A DNA stretch of 64,000 nt. It comes from Eledone cirrhosa (lineage: Eukaryota). A program made the translations under genes and the position numbers. Location: the NCBI GenBank assembly GCA_964016885.1, contig OZ024742.1:254634001-254698000 (forward strand), in the 5' to 3' direction. Below, piece by piece: positions 1 to 11,599 of this stretch. Numbering within the stretch: position 1 is the stretch's first letter; each line of letters begins with the position of its first letter. The notes under the pieces were generated by a model. It was not told the origin of the DNA, searched no databases, and saw only the letters and a list, made by a program, of their open reading frames with translations.

Positions 1-868
1 TCTCTGTTTTTCTCGTTTTTTACTGTTGTTGCTGTGCTGCTTTTGTTGTTTGTTTTTTCTTTTTTCTTTTGAGTCTATCTATATATTTTGATGCCTTCCT
101 CTTTGTTAGTAGTAGGAATTCTATAATGTGGAAGTGGTAGCCAGCAGAGACTGGCGGCGTTGGCGATACTGAGACAGTGGTGGTGGTGATGTCGATACCG
201 AGGCAGTGGTGGCGGTGATGCGACCGTATTACTGTAGTGATGGTGCTGTAGCGGTGGCAGCAGCAGTGAAGGAGTCAGGGGGTGGTGGCGGCGGTGATGG
301 GATAGTGGTGGTAATGATGGCCGTAGTGAGCGGTGGCGGTGAAGGTGAAAATGCTGTTGTGTTTAGTGTACACAGATGATGGGGTGGGTGGTGTATCTAG
401 TTTCTGGTGTTGGTGAGTTTCGCTGTCCTATATAGTGTAGCCAGAGGAGAGGAGGGGGGGGGGGGGTTCTTCTTCTTCCATTTATAGCCATTTTATTTTT
501 TTTTGGATATACAGTGTACAATACAAAGTTGAATATTTGAATATTTGAGCCGTATTACTGTAGTGATGGTGCTGTAGCGGTGGCAGCAGCAGTGAAGGAG
601 TCAAGGGGTGGTGGCGGCGGTGATGGGATAGTGGTGGTAATGATGGCCGTAGTGAGCGGTGGCGGTGAAGATGAAAATGCTGTTGTGTTTAGTGTACACA
701 GATGATGGGGTGGGTGGTGTATCTAGTTTCTGGTGTTGGTGAGTTTCGCTGTCCTATATAGTGTAGCCAGAGGAGAGGAGGGGGGGGGGGTCTTCTTCTT
801 CCATTTATAGCCATTTTTTTTTGGATATACAGTGTACAATACAAAGTTGAATATTTGAATATTTGAGC
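1..868 (-). mobile_element. 5' UTR of a second R4/Dong-like element copy whose body lies left of the window, with an internal ~320-bp tandem duplication (~223-549 / ~550-868)
   Basis: 1-490 aligns by eye with 4884-5360 (tctctgtttttctcg...ttcttccatttatagccatt). The block ccgtattactgtag...aatatttgag occurs twice. Confidence 0.8.
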
Positions 869-1070
869 CTTATAACAATATATTTTGGGTCCGAATTTTT
901 TTGGGGCTCAAGCCGGGTGCTTTACGTAGCATTTGTACTAAGAGTTGTTATTTCACAAATGATTTAAATATGTTAAAAATTCAAAACTTACGGGAGCGAT
1001 TTCATGACCTCCGTCACCTCGTGCGTCTTCTTCCCTTATTATTATTATTATTATTATTGTTATTGTTATT

Positions 1071-4000
1071 CCTTGAATCTCAGTCATTGATGTTGGTTAA
1101 CTGGAAAGTCCGTTGGATTGAATATCAAGCCACTACCTGCAGCCTCAGATATTCAGGACGTATCGGAGGGTTCTTGCCGTTCCAAGCAAGCATGCCTTTT
1201 GAAGCGTTCCAAAAAGCGTGAAGGGGCCGATTTTCTTTAACCATCCCTGGAAACCTTTGGAGATAGTCCCCAGTGCGCCTATGACAATCGGGATCACTTT
1301 GACTTCATGGCAGTTCCAAATCCTTTTCACCTCCCACTTTAGGTCCTGGTATCGGTTAATTTTCTCCCTCTCCTTCTCTTGCACTCTCGTGTCGAACGGG
1401 CAGGCCACATCCACAATCAGGCACGATCTTTTTTCTTTGTCCACAACCACCAGGTCAGGTCTATTGTGTTCCAGTTTTTTGTCCGTCTGTATCCTAAAAT
1501 CCCACAGCACCTTCACCTGACTGTTCTCCATCACCGCCTCTGGCCTATGCTCATACCATTTCTCAGAATGTGGTAGATTGTTTACTTTGCACAGGTGCCA
1601 GTGGATCACCCTGCCCATCACATCGTGTCTCCAGCCCTTATAGTGGGTCTGGGCTAGGTGTTTACACTCGGACACAATGTGAGCCACAGTCTCCTCTCTC
1701 TCTCCACAGATCCTGCACAGTGGGCTAGCCTCCTCCTTGTAGATATGGTGCTTCAACCACTTCGTTTTGAGGGCCTGCTCCTGCGCAGCCATTAGCATTC
1801 CTTCTGTAGCCTTTTTGAGGTCTCCTCTTCTCAACCAGTTCCATGTCTGTGGATCTCTAAATTCAGTTTTCTCAAAGAAGGTACTATGAAGGGATTTTCC
1901 CTTAAGGCTGCTCTTCCTCCTTGATGTTATTTCCTCCTTGGGTATCCCCTGGCCTACTCTCCCCTCCTTCAGTACAGCTCTGAGCATTGGCTCCTTACTA
2001 TAGGTCACGTATTTGTATAGGTTGTTTTTCTCCATCTGAACACAGTCCTCTATGCTGATAAGACCTCTTCCACCCTCAGATCTCCTTAGGTAGAGTCTAT
2101 CGACATCACTCCTCTTGTGGAACATGTTGTAGATAGTCAATAGCTTCCTAGTCTTCCTATCCATTTCTTTTTGTTCAGCAACATTCCATCTCAGAATTCC
2201 CGCACTGTACCTAATAATAGACACAGCTCGGGAATTTACTGCGCTTATGGCATTTCTGCTGTTCAGATGTGACTTCAATACGCTCCTTACTCTCCGAATG
2301 TATTCAGTTCTTAACAATTCCTTCATTTTTTTGTTCTTTATGCCATCAGCCTCCAGAACGCCCAAATACTTGTATCCTTCCTCAGAGTCAATTTCCTTTA
2401 TCATCTCACCTGTTGGTATCTGGATCCCGTTACTTCTGCTCAACCTACCCCTCCTCATCACAATGACTCCACATTTACCAATACCAAACTGCATACATAT
2501 ATCACTGCTGAAAATACGGACAGTGTCAACAAGCACATCCAACTCCTTCTCACTTTTCCCGAAGAGCTTAAGATCGTCCATGAAGAGGAGGTGATTGATG
2601 GTAAGCTCTCCCCTTCCCAACTTGTATCCTGCTCTCACTTTTCGCAGCATAATGGTCAAGGGCATCAGGGCAAGGACAAACAACAGAGGGGACAGGCTAT
2701 CTCCCTGGAAGATACCTCTCTTGATCTTCACGCTTCCCAAGGATACTCCAGTTGATGTCAACTCTGTCTCCCAGGACCCCATACTCCTGCCCAGCAACTC
2801 TCTGATGTTATCTGCCACCCTGAAGATCTCCAGGCTTTTGGTGATCCAGGAATGAGGCACCATGTCAAATGCCTTTCTGTAGTCTATCCATCCCATGGCA
2901 AGATCAGTGTGTCTCCTCCTGCAATTCCCCATTACCATCTTATCAATAAGCAACTGGTCCTTTGTACCACGTGACTTCTTTCGGCATCCTTTCTGTTCGT
3001 CCGGCAACAAGTTGTTTGTGTGGAGGTGATGGTAGATTTCCTCAGACACAATGCTCGTCAACAGTTTCCACATTACGGGCAGACATGTGATAGGTCTATA
3101 GTTGGTAACATCATTACCCTTGATTCGGTCTTTCATTATCAGAACTGTGGTACCTTTTGTCAACCACTCTGGCACCTCACCCGACACCAAGCAGTCATTG
3201 AACATGGCCGTCAGCTTCGGGTGGAGGGATGTTAAATGTTTAATCCAATACCCCTGCACACCATCTGGGCCTGGTGATTTCCAGTTGGTTAGTTTTTTGG
3301 CTTGCCCCTTAAGAGTTTCAACTGTGATACTCAAATCAGTCTGTTGCTGTGCCTGCTCACCGATCTCCCTCTGTACTGTCTCAATCCACCCTGCCTGGGC
3401 ATTGTGTCTAACATCCTGCTCCCATATTCCTCTCCAGAATGTTTTAGCTTGTTCCGCCCCAGGGATCAAGTCGGTGCCTCTTTCTTTCCCCTCAAGCTGT
3501 CCAAACAGCATCTTCTGGTTGTTGTCGAACATGCGGTTCTGTTTATACTGACTGACTCTGTTCTCGTATCGCCTGATTTTGGCACTCTTTGCTACAATGC
3601 GTTGCTTCAATTCCTCTATGATAATATTTAGCTTTTTACTCCTAGTTTTGTATTTTATTTCCAGTCTATTTTTAGTGCCTATGTTTTTTAGTGTCCCATT
3701 CAGTAGTGACTCAAGCTTTCCTATGTCATTTCTCATTTCCCCGATTTGCCCACTCAGTCGCTTCTTCCACCACGGCTCTGCTCTTTCTTGTCTGTTGTTT
3801 CCTCTCGCTTTTATACCAAGTAGTTTCCTCACCGTATTTGCTGTTGCTTTGAGGATATTGTTGCACTGGTGAAGACTCCTCGCCTCAAGGTATGGGATGA
3901 CTTTGTTTACCTTAGCTGTTGTTTCTTTTAACTTTTTCCTGTCTACAAATCTTAGGTTCATAGGTCTCCCACTATCATTGTTCAACTCATCTACCACTAA

Positions 4001-5376
4001 ATTTAGGATGTCAACCGAATCTTGTCCTAGCCCGTCAGCATTCATCTCCTCAGTGGCCGTATCTCTGTTCCAGGTATTATTTATCTCAGTATTCAGATCA
4101 TTGTCTGCTTCGGGTGGTTCCTCCGCTCTCAGGACCTCCTCACCTTCATTTCCCGCCGGCTCGCTTGTCTGGCATACTACACCCGCCATCTCCAAGCCAT
4201 TCTCTCTGCTCAGTTCCTCCAGTTCCAGCTCGCTTATCCACCCATTAGTTCTTATTACCCGAGCCTGCCCGGCCAATTTTTGTTCATCTAATTTAAATAA
4301 ACCAATCTCGTTCCAGATGTTATGCATCCGTCTCCTGTAGCCCCTCTCCTTGGGGTTACTTTTCAGGTAGCATTGCATAACAGTTCTATTCAATTCTTTC
4401 GTCCAGTTGGTTCTGGCCCCTTTCCTTCTTCTTCTTCCTCCAACATCAGCAGTATTTCGTTGACAGTCAGGTTCCTGCTGCTGAGCCAGGGGGCACCTGT
4501 TGGGTGAGAGTCTGTCACATGACGTTCTAGTCTCCATTTCACCGTTATTCGAACTGTTTATGTTCGATATTTAAACACTCTTATCGAGGATTGGCGAATG
4601 TATGTTTACATAGCCATCTGTGGATCCGCCATCCCACTTGGCCCTTGTGTGGCATTATCACCACGCTGTATACGGACACACATAAACAAACAAACACACG
4701 GGCAGAAAGGGCCCCAAAAATGAATAAGCATAAGTTTCATTGTAATGTAGTATTCGAATGTCTGACTTAGTTTTTGTTTTTTAAGTTTTACTTTTTCCCC
4801 CCTCTTCTCTGTCCGTCCGCCTGCCTCTCTCTTCATTCTTATTTTCTTTACGTTTTGGGGGTTTCTTTTTTTGTTTTTGTTTTTCTCTGTTTTTCTCGTT
4901 TTTTACTGTTGTTGCTGTGCTGCTTTTGTTGTTTATTTTTTCTTTTTTCTTTTGAGTCTATCTATATATTTTGATGCCTTCCTCTTTTTTAGCAGTAGGG
5001 ATTCTATAATGTGGTGGCAGCAGCCAGCTAAAAGAAGAAGTGGGAGACTGGCGGCGGTAGCGATACTGAGACAGTGGTGGTGGTGATGTCGATACCGAGA
5101 CAGTGGTGGCGGTGATGTGACCGTATTACTGTAGCGATGGTGCTGTAGCGGTGGCAGCAGTGAAGGAGTGAAGGGGTGGTGGCGGCGGTGATGGGATAAT
5201 GGTTGTAATGATGGCCGTAGTGATCGGTGGTGGTTTAGTGTACACAGGTGATAGGGTGGGTGGTGTATCTAGTTTCTGGTGTTGGTGAGTTTGGCTGTTC
5301 TATATAGTGTATACAGAGGAGGAGGGGGGGGGGGGGTTCTTCTTCCATTTATAGCCATTTTCTTTTTTTTATTTTC

Positions 5377-5378
<2 letters not shown>
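1071..5378 (-). mobile_element. R4/Dong-clade non-LTR retrotransposon inserted in a (TAA)n microsatellite
   Basis: Single RT-RLE ORF, ~75-nt 3' UTR and ~840-nt 5' UTR. (TTA)n tracts flank both sides (1036-1070, 5378-5427). Dong elements are known to target TAA repeats. Confidence 0.85.
1145..4537 (-). CDS. Intact 1130-aa non-LTR retrotransposon protein: reverse transcriptase, CCHC zinc knuckle, PD-(D/E)xK restriction-like endonuclease
   Basis: Motifs KSPGPDG, NYRPITCL, IDYRKAFD, GIFQGDSLSPLLF, LFMDDLK, YKYLG; CRIC...HIVSEC; RHD; RPDLVVVD...DVACPFD...KEREKINRYQDL. Confidence 0.95.
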   Translation of the reverse strand: METRTSCDRLSPNRCPLAQQQEPDCQRNTADVGGRRRRKGARTNWTKELNRTVMQCYLKSNPKERGYRRRMHNIWNEIGLFKLDEQKLAGQARVIRTNGWISELELEELSRENGLEMAGVVCQTSEPAGNEGEEVLRAEEPPEADNDLNTEINNTWNRDTATEEMNADGLGQDSVDILNLVVDELNNDSGRPMNLRFVDRKKLKETTAKVNKVIPYLEARSLHQCNNILKATANTVRKLLGIKARGNNRQERAEPWWKKRLSGQIGEMRNDIGKLESLLNGTLKNIGTKNRLEIKYKTRSKKLNIIIEELKQRIVAKSAKIRRYENRVSQYKQNRMFDNNQKMLFGQLEGKERGTDLIPGAEQAKTFWRGIWEQDVRHNAQAGWIETVQREIGEQAQQQTDLSITVETLKGQAKKLTNWKSPGPDGVQGYWIKHLTSLHPKLTAMFNDCLVSGEVPEWLTKGTTVLIMKDRIKGNDVTNYRPITCLPVMWKLLTSIVSEEIYHHLHTNNLLPDEQKGCRKKSRGTKDQLLIDKMVMGNCRRRHTDLAMGWIDYRKAFDMVPHSWITKSLEIFRVADNIRELLGRSMGSWETELTSTGVSLGSVKIKRGIFQGDSLSPLLFVLALMPLTIMLRKVRAGYKLGRGELTINHLLFMDDLKLFGKSEKELDVLVDTVRIFSSDICMQFGIGKCGVIVMRRGRLSRSNGIQIPTGEMIKEIDSEEGYKYLGVLEADGIKNKKMKELLRTEYIRRVRSVLKSHLNSRNAISAVNSRAVSIIRYSAGILRWNVAEQKEMDRKTRKLLTIYNMFHKRSDVDRLYLRRSEGGRGLISIEDCVQMEKNNLYKYVTYSKEPMLRAVLKEGRVGQGIPKEEITSRRKSSLKGKSLHSTFFEKTEFRDPQTWNWLRRGDLKKATEGMLMAAQEQALKTKWLKHHIYKEEASPLCRICGEREETVAHIVSECKHLAQTHYKGWRHDVMGRVIHWHLCKVNNLPHSEKWYEHRPEAVMENSQVKVLWDFRIQTDKKLEHNRPDLVVVDKEKRSCLIVDVACPFDTRVQEKEREKINRYQDLKWEVKRIWNCHEVKVIPIVIGALGTISKGFQGWLKKIGPFTLFGTLQKACLLGTARTLRYVLNI

Positions 5379-5427
<49 letters not shown>

Positions 5428-5599
5428 AATGGATTGGTAGAACTTTTAGAGTATCAGGCAAAATCATTATCATCAGCATTGTGGTCACAGTCAAACATTT
5501 TTGAAAACGTCTCTACAATTCACAATTTTCCATTGTTCCTGGCAAATTCTCCAAACTGAGGTTTGTATCGTCTGAGTGTTGATCAATGAAGGTTTGAGC

Positions 5600-5905
5600 A
5601 GGTTTCCTCTGCTGCATCTTTTGTAAGTTGGTTCTCACAATAGTAGTTAACACTAAGAGAATAAATGAACTTATAGCAATCTGTGAACTTTACAAGCTTG
5701 AAGTTACATACATACAAGAACATCCTTTCCACCATTCTGATCATATAATCGATTATCATGATTTAAGAAAGGGCTGGAAACGTGTGTCTAATTAATTTGA
5801 GAAGGCTCAAAACAATTCACCTGTTGGAGGAGTAGTCATGATTTTCATTTCAAAATCACAAGAATCTTTGCTTTGTATTGAAACTATAACACCAAGAATA
5901 CAGAT
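5600..5905 (+). pseudogene. Degenerate APE-endonuclease fragment of an RTE-like LINE
   Basis: Hand translation gives ELIAICELYKLEVTYIQEH and GGV...SLLCIETITPRI, which resemble LINE endonuclease N-terminal motifs. Confidence 0.4.
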
Positions 5906-6487
5906 TCATTAACTCTTATGGAGAAAGGCCTTTGAAATACACAAGTGTGTCTCTATTTATATACATTGCAGTGAATTACAAATGGATCATCTGAAGAGGA
6001 AAGGGTCATGGATTGCATCACGGTATCATTTCAGTATAGAAATATATATTATGTATTATGTCTATGGTGCAATTGAAGAATTCATGAAATCTAGCTTTCG
6101 TATTGTATTATTAATGTATTTAACTCCACCTTGTGCAACAAATGTAATACCATATAGAAATTAGTAGAATACACTTGGCATCAAGTGCTTTTTCCAAATT
6201 AAACCATTGTTTTGCTGATTGGAGAAACACAATGATAGCCATGGTTAGCAATTAGGAAGCACCATATAACACATGTATATATATGTATGTATGTAAGTAT
6301 GTATCTAGGCAGAATGTAAATGGAAACATCAAAGAAAACAACAGAGAACAATGAAGAAATATATTAGTTTAACACCCTATATAGTAGGAAAACTGTCTTG
6401 ATATTTCGGATACTAGTCTTTCATCAGACGAAGGAGAAATAAAAGATGAAAAAGAAAGATAGAGAGTGAGAAGAAGGAGGAAAGATT

Positions 6488-6518
<31 letters not shown>

Positions 6519-6955
6519 TGAAATTTGTGATTATAGTTTAGTACTTCACTACTTTCTTTGGTAACATGAAAGAAGCTCAGCGCACATTACTGCCCTCAGT
6601 TTCACGTAAACATATAACCTTGAATGGTTTTTAAAAAAACACTCCTGCCGCATAACATGCATTTGAATCTTATTGCTTGCTTTTAACGTTGTATGCTTTT
6701 TCATATATTTTTTGATATTGCCTTATTGATTCCTAAACCATTGTGAGGTTAAACCTCTTCTATTTGTTCTATATAAGATTTCCTAAAGATATGCAGTTAG
6801 GATGTAACACCTATGATGTAGATAATTGTTAACTGATAATTTCCAATTATTCTGTAAATGAATGTGATATTATAGCTTTTTAAAAATGTGTGTAGAAATG
6901 AAAGAATAAATAATAATTTCATATGCTTGACTTTTTTTAATAATTTTGAATATTA

Positions 6956-7050
6956 TACAGGGTGTCCTAAAAAATGTAAACACACTTTGATCACCTGCAC
7001 AGGCAATATTTAGTAGAATGCTTTTGGAATGCTTTTGGGGAGACCTTGTA
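6956..7050. mobile_element. Short Tc1/mariner-type MITE remnant (similar one at ~13562-13650)
   Basis: Imperfect TIRs TACAGGGTGTCCTAAAA ... TTTTGGGGAGACCTTGTA bounded by TA. Confidence 0.45.
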
Positions 7051-7085
7051 TATATATATAGATATATGTCTAAATATATATATAT

Positions 7086-7188
<103 letters not shown>

Positions 7189-7235
7189 TTACATATATAT
7201 ATATTTACATATATAACAGACTGGCAGAGGAATAC

Positions 7236-7274
7236 AGTCCTGATGAAGGGTAATGACCCAGAAACATGTTGATT
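7236..7274 (+). ncRNA. Minimal type I hammerhead ribozyme motif
   Basis: agtc-CTGATGA-a-GGG taatga CCC-a-GAAAC AT GTT-gatt. Stem III is the palindrome ACATGT; stem I is short. Confidence 0.55.
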
Positions 7275-7424
7275 TTTCCTCAAAGTTGAACAAACAGGTG
7301 ACAATTGGTTACCGGCACAGCACATCTTCAAAGCAGGTCATTTTTTTACAAATGAATCGAACATTATTATTAATGTTCGATATAACCCATATGTATATAT
7401 GTGTGTGTATGTATATATATGTGT

Positions 7425-7728
7425 AAATGAAGTAATTCCGTCGGAAAGGTCCAGGAAAAAAGAGTGCTCTATGTAGGTTACAGAGCTTAATGGTTATGTA
7501 ATAAACAACATAAGGTAATTATTTCATTTACCAGTGGTTTCTTGAAAGCAAAGAAATTTTACTTTCAATCATCAGAATGAAAAAATCCTGGTGGATTTAT
7601 TGACATTGGTTTTTAAAATCCAATGTCAATAAATCCACCAGGATTTTTTCATTCTGATGATTAAAAGCAAAATTTCTTTGCTTTCAACTGGTAAATGAAA
7701 TAATTACCTTATGTTGTTTATTACATAA

Positions 7729-7729
<1 letters not shown>
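7425..7729 (-). mobile_element. Fold-back (PLE-type) non-autonomous element between microsatellites
   Basis: Inverted repeat 7493-~7610 / ~7618-7729 plus an unpaired tail at 7425-7492. Contains an HHR. Confidence 0.7.
7522..7582 (-). ncRNA. Type I hammerhead ribozyme with canonical core
   Basis: Minus strand reads TTTCATT-CTGATGA-TTGAAAG...CTTTCAA-GAAACC ACT GGTA-AATGAAA: stem I 7 bp, stem II 7 bp, stem III 3 bp, GUA triplet. Confidence 0.8.
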
Positions 7730-7772
<43 letters not shown>

Positions 7773-7799
7773 GTGTATGTGTGCATACTTACATATTTA

Positions 7800-8022
7800 T
7801 ATAATGAAGTGCCAAGAAATCCCAGTAGAAGGAAGACATGGTAGAGGTAGACCACTAAAAACATGGGCGGAGGTAGTGAGAGCTGAACACAGATCGCTGA
7901 AGCTCACGGAGGAGAAGACAAAGGACCGGGACGAATGGAGAGATTCTGTGGTGAATAAGACCCAACCCACCCTTGCAAGCAGGTAAAAGCAGACGTAAAA
8001 TGAGGATGGAGATGATGATGAT
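7800..8022 (+). mobile_element. 3' end of an RTE-clade LINE with (GAT)n tail (related copy ~11240-11470)
   Basis: KCQEIPVEGRHGRGRPLKTW...KDRDEWR is an RTE C-terminal motif; the tail is gacgtaaaatgaggatggagatgatgatgat. Confidence 0.75.
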
Positions 8023-8072
8023 ATATATATATATATACATTTATTATTATTACTATATATATATATATATGT

Positions 8073-8203
<131 letters not shown>

Positions 8204-8286
8204 ACATATATATATATAGTAATAATAATACATTTTATTTTAATAAATATATATATTTAGTAATATATATATATTTATATATATAT

Positions 8287-8346
<60 letters not shown>

Positions 8347-8599
8347 GGGCTTCTGAACACAGAACTCCTTTGCCACACTACCATAGCTGCACCTAAATGA
8401 ATGTTTATTTTTATTACCCTACTTTAACTGGTGTTGTTGCAGACAACAAATACATTTTTTGTAAATGCTTGCTACTTCATTTAGGTAAGAAGGAATATAA
8501 TAAGATAAATTTTTAGTGTTGCCAACTCAAGAACAGGAACACAATCTTATTCTCTTATTCCATCTGATTCAATTCTGATTCAATGAATAGTATAGTTCC

Positions 8600-8687
<88 letters not shown>

Positions 8688-8700
8688 ATATATATTTATA

Positions 8701-8741
<41 letters not shown>

Positions 8742-8769
8742 ATGTGTGTGTGTGTATATACACATATAA

Positions 8770-8801
<32 letters not shown>

Positions 8802-9065
8802 GTATATAGGCATCTAAATGCAAGGAGGAGTTAGAGTGTAATTCTTGTGAAATGTATACATTTTAAAGTGTTCCATTTTACGTTTTACTATAGATGCTAT
8901 GTTTTCTATAGTGATTCCATTAACCTCAAAATATCATCAATGTCTGTTGTTTGTGTGGAGTAATAGCAGCAGATAAAATCTTCTGCCGCCACAGATAACA
9001 CAAAAACAAATATATTGTAAGAATGATAGGAGGAATAGGATGATGATGTTACCACCACCACCACC

Positions 9066-9116
<51 letters not shown>

Positions 9117-9902
9117 AATAATAATAATAGTAATAATAATAATAATAACAATAATAATAATATAATAATTAGTAAAAAAAGATATAAGGAAAAAATATAT
9201 TTTACAAGAATTCTTAATGTTGAAGGATTTAATGTAGTTTTCAGAAATTTTTCGATGGAAATCGATGTAAAAAAAGTATTTTGCTCTCCTCAAGATGAGC
9301 TTGTTGTCTAACAAAAATATTAAAATATGGCGGTTGTTGGTTCTTTCTCTATAACTTTACATGGGGAAGATTGGTGCTGTATGCCGTATTATTCTCAATT
9401 TCAAAAATTCCTTTGAAAAGGTTGACGTTGATAGGAACAGTAAAGTTTCGATAAGTAATTTTATGTTTATAAATAATATTCTATAGACATTCAAGTACAC
9501 ATTCAAGACACAGGAAAAAGGGTTTGTTGTTGTTTTTTTTTTTTTAAGGAAATGAAAAAATTAATAAAAAAAAGAGCTGTACGGAGAAGGAAATAGTAAT
9601 TTTTACTTGTCTACTGAATAGAAAATATTTGTTGTTAGTATGTGTGAATATTATTGAACTTAAGTGCAGTAAAGGCTTCACAGTATAAAATCTAACCAAG
9701 AAAGTATCAATTATATTTATGTATAGATTTCATATATATATATAACCAAGATATCGGTATGAAAGAATGTGGATGTAGACAAATACACTGGGGAACAAAT
9801 ATAACATCATTTTCATTTGCAAGCCATCAAACTGGAATAGACTCTGTGTTGTTTAATATTTATCGTAATGAATACAATCCCTTGCACCACCCACCACCCC
9901 TC

Positions 9903-10003
<101 letters not shown>

Positions 10004-10516
10004 ACTACTTAGTCCCACACTGTCAATATGTTTAATGTTAGGAAGGGCATCCAGCACCTGTAAATAAACGGCCAAAATACAGTTCCATTTGAATATGGTA
10101 CAGTACGCCTAACTGGCCAGACTTGCCTCATAATGTGGATGACCCATCTAACCCATTCATGCATGAAAAATAAGATGATATATATATAACACACATACAC
10201 ACAAATATATATAGGATTATTAATGAAGATCGTTGATATTATGTCAACGGTCCCTGGTCAACATCTAACTCACTCAAAGAATCTGCTAAATTGTAGTAAT
10301 ACAACTGCAACTAGCTGGTCAGAGTGCAAACAATTTAGTTAATAGCAGGTATGGTAGCTGTATTTTGGTAGAGTTATATAGGTATATATATATATATAGA
10401 GAGAGAGAGAAATAAATAGCTGGATAGATAGACACATAAATATGTGTATGCACACACACACACGCACATATATATATATATAAAGGTTTACATATACATA
10501 AAGTTATAGATATATA

Positions 10517-11005
10517 TGCTGCAACCGGTCACTTTTTGGCTCTATGAAGAATTAATAAATTAAATAATCAGAGCAATATATCATAAATCATGTCCTTAGA
10601 ATTATTAGATAAAATAGATACCATTTCCTCTTCCAATTAGCATAATTAACCATATAAAAAATCAATTAGACCAAGCTATAAGAAGAAAGGCTCTTATGAA
10701 GAAATCTCCGACAAATAACCGAAAGTGGCCTCTTCGCGGTGGCCCCGATCGAGTATTTATCCAACATTTCGACAGCATGTGGAAACTGACTAAATATACC
10801 ATCAACCATACACAATTAGGTGTAAAATTAAACTTAGAAGAAATGTGTACATACCGTAATTATATCTCTACCATGGTTTCATCCGTATTTTTAGACATCC
10901 AATTAATAGGAATGTCTTGAGTTAGGATTCATCAGGAGACAAACTCAAAATCAGACATTTAGTTTTCCAACCTAATAATTCTAAGGACATGATTTATGAT
11001 ATATA
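10517..11005 (-). mobile_element. HHR-bearing non-autonomous element with short inverted terminus, in (TA)n
   Basis: ~33-bp inverted repeat at 10576-10608 / 10972-11004 (atatcataaatcatgtccttagaattattag); HHR inside. Confidence 0.65.
10863..10941 (-). ncRNA. Type I hammerhead ribozyme with elongated stem II
   Basis: TGTCTC-CTGATGA-ATCC...AGACATTCC tattaatt GGATGTCT...GGAT-GAAAC CATG GTA-GAGATA. Stem III is the palindrome ACCATGGT. Confidence 0.8.
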
Positions 11006-11070
11006 TATACGTTTGAATATGTGTAATACCTCATTACACAATGCTTCAAGTGAACTATAACCTCCTCCTA

Positions 11071-11214
<144 letters not shown>

Positions 11215-11599
11215 TATATTCCTGTATATATATGTAAAGCACATGGTTGGTGATCATTGAGTGAAGAAATGCCAAGACATTCCAATGGAAGGAAGCAGCA
11301 GTAGAGTAAGACCAAGGAAGACCCTTGTGGCGATGGGGTGCGCTGATCTAAAATTACTGATGCTCACGGAGCAGGGGACAAAGGAATATGACAAATAGAG
11401 AGATGCTGTATTGAAAAGGATCTGTCCAACCCATGCAATCCTGAAACAGCAGGTGTAAAAGGATGATGATTTTGTGTGTATATATATCACCACATTTATC
11501 GTAATTACGTTGACTTTTCCATGAGCTGTAGCAGAGTCTTTGAGACAATGTTTTACAGCCAGATGCTCTTCCTGTTTCCAACCTTTTAGTCACTTCTGA

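Noticed and set aside
1218-4507. Plus-strand ORFs overlapping the retrotransposon
   Set aside because: Antisense shadows of the long minus-strand ORF, with no recognisable motifs.
6395-6432. Degenerate HHR-like CTGATGA...GAAA on minus strand (similar at ~25250-25282)
   Set aside because: Stems II and III do not pair convincingly; probably a decayed relic and not counted.
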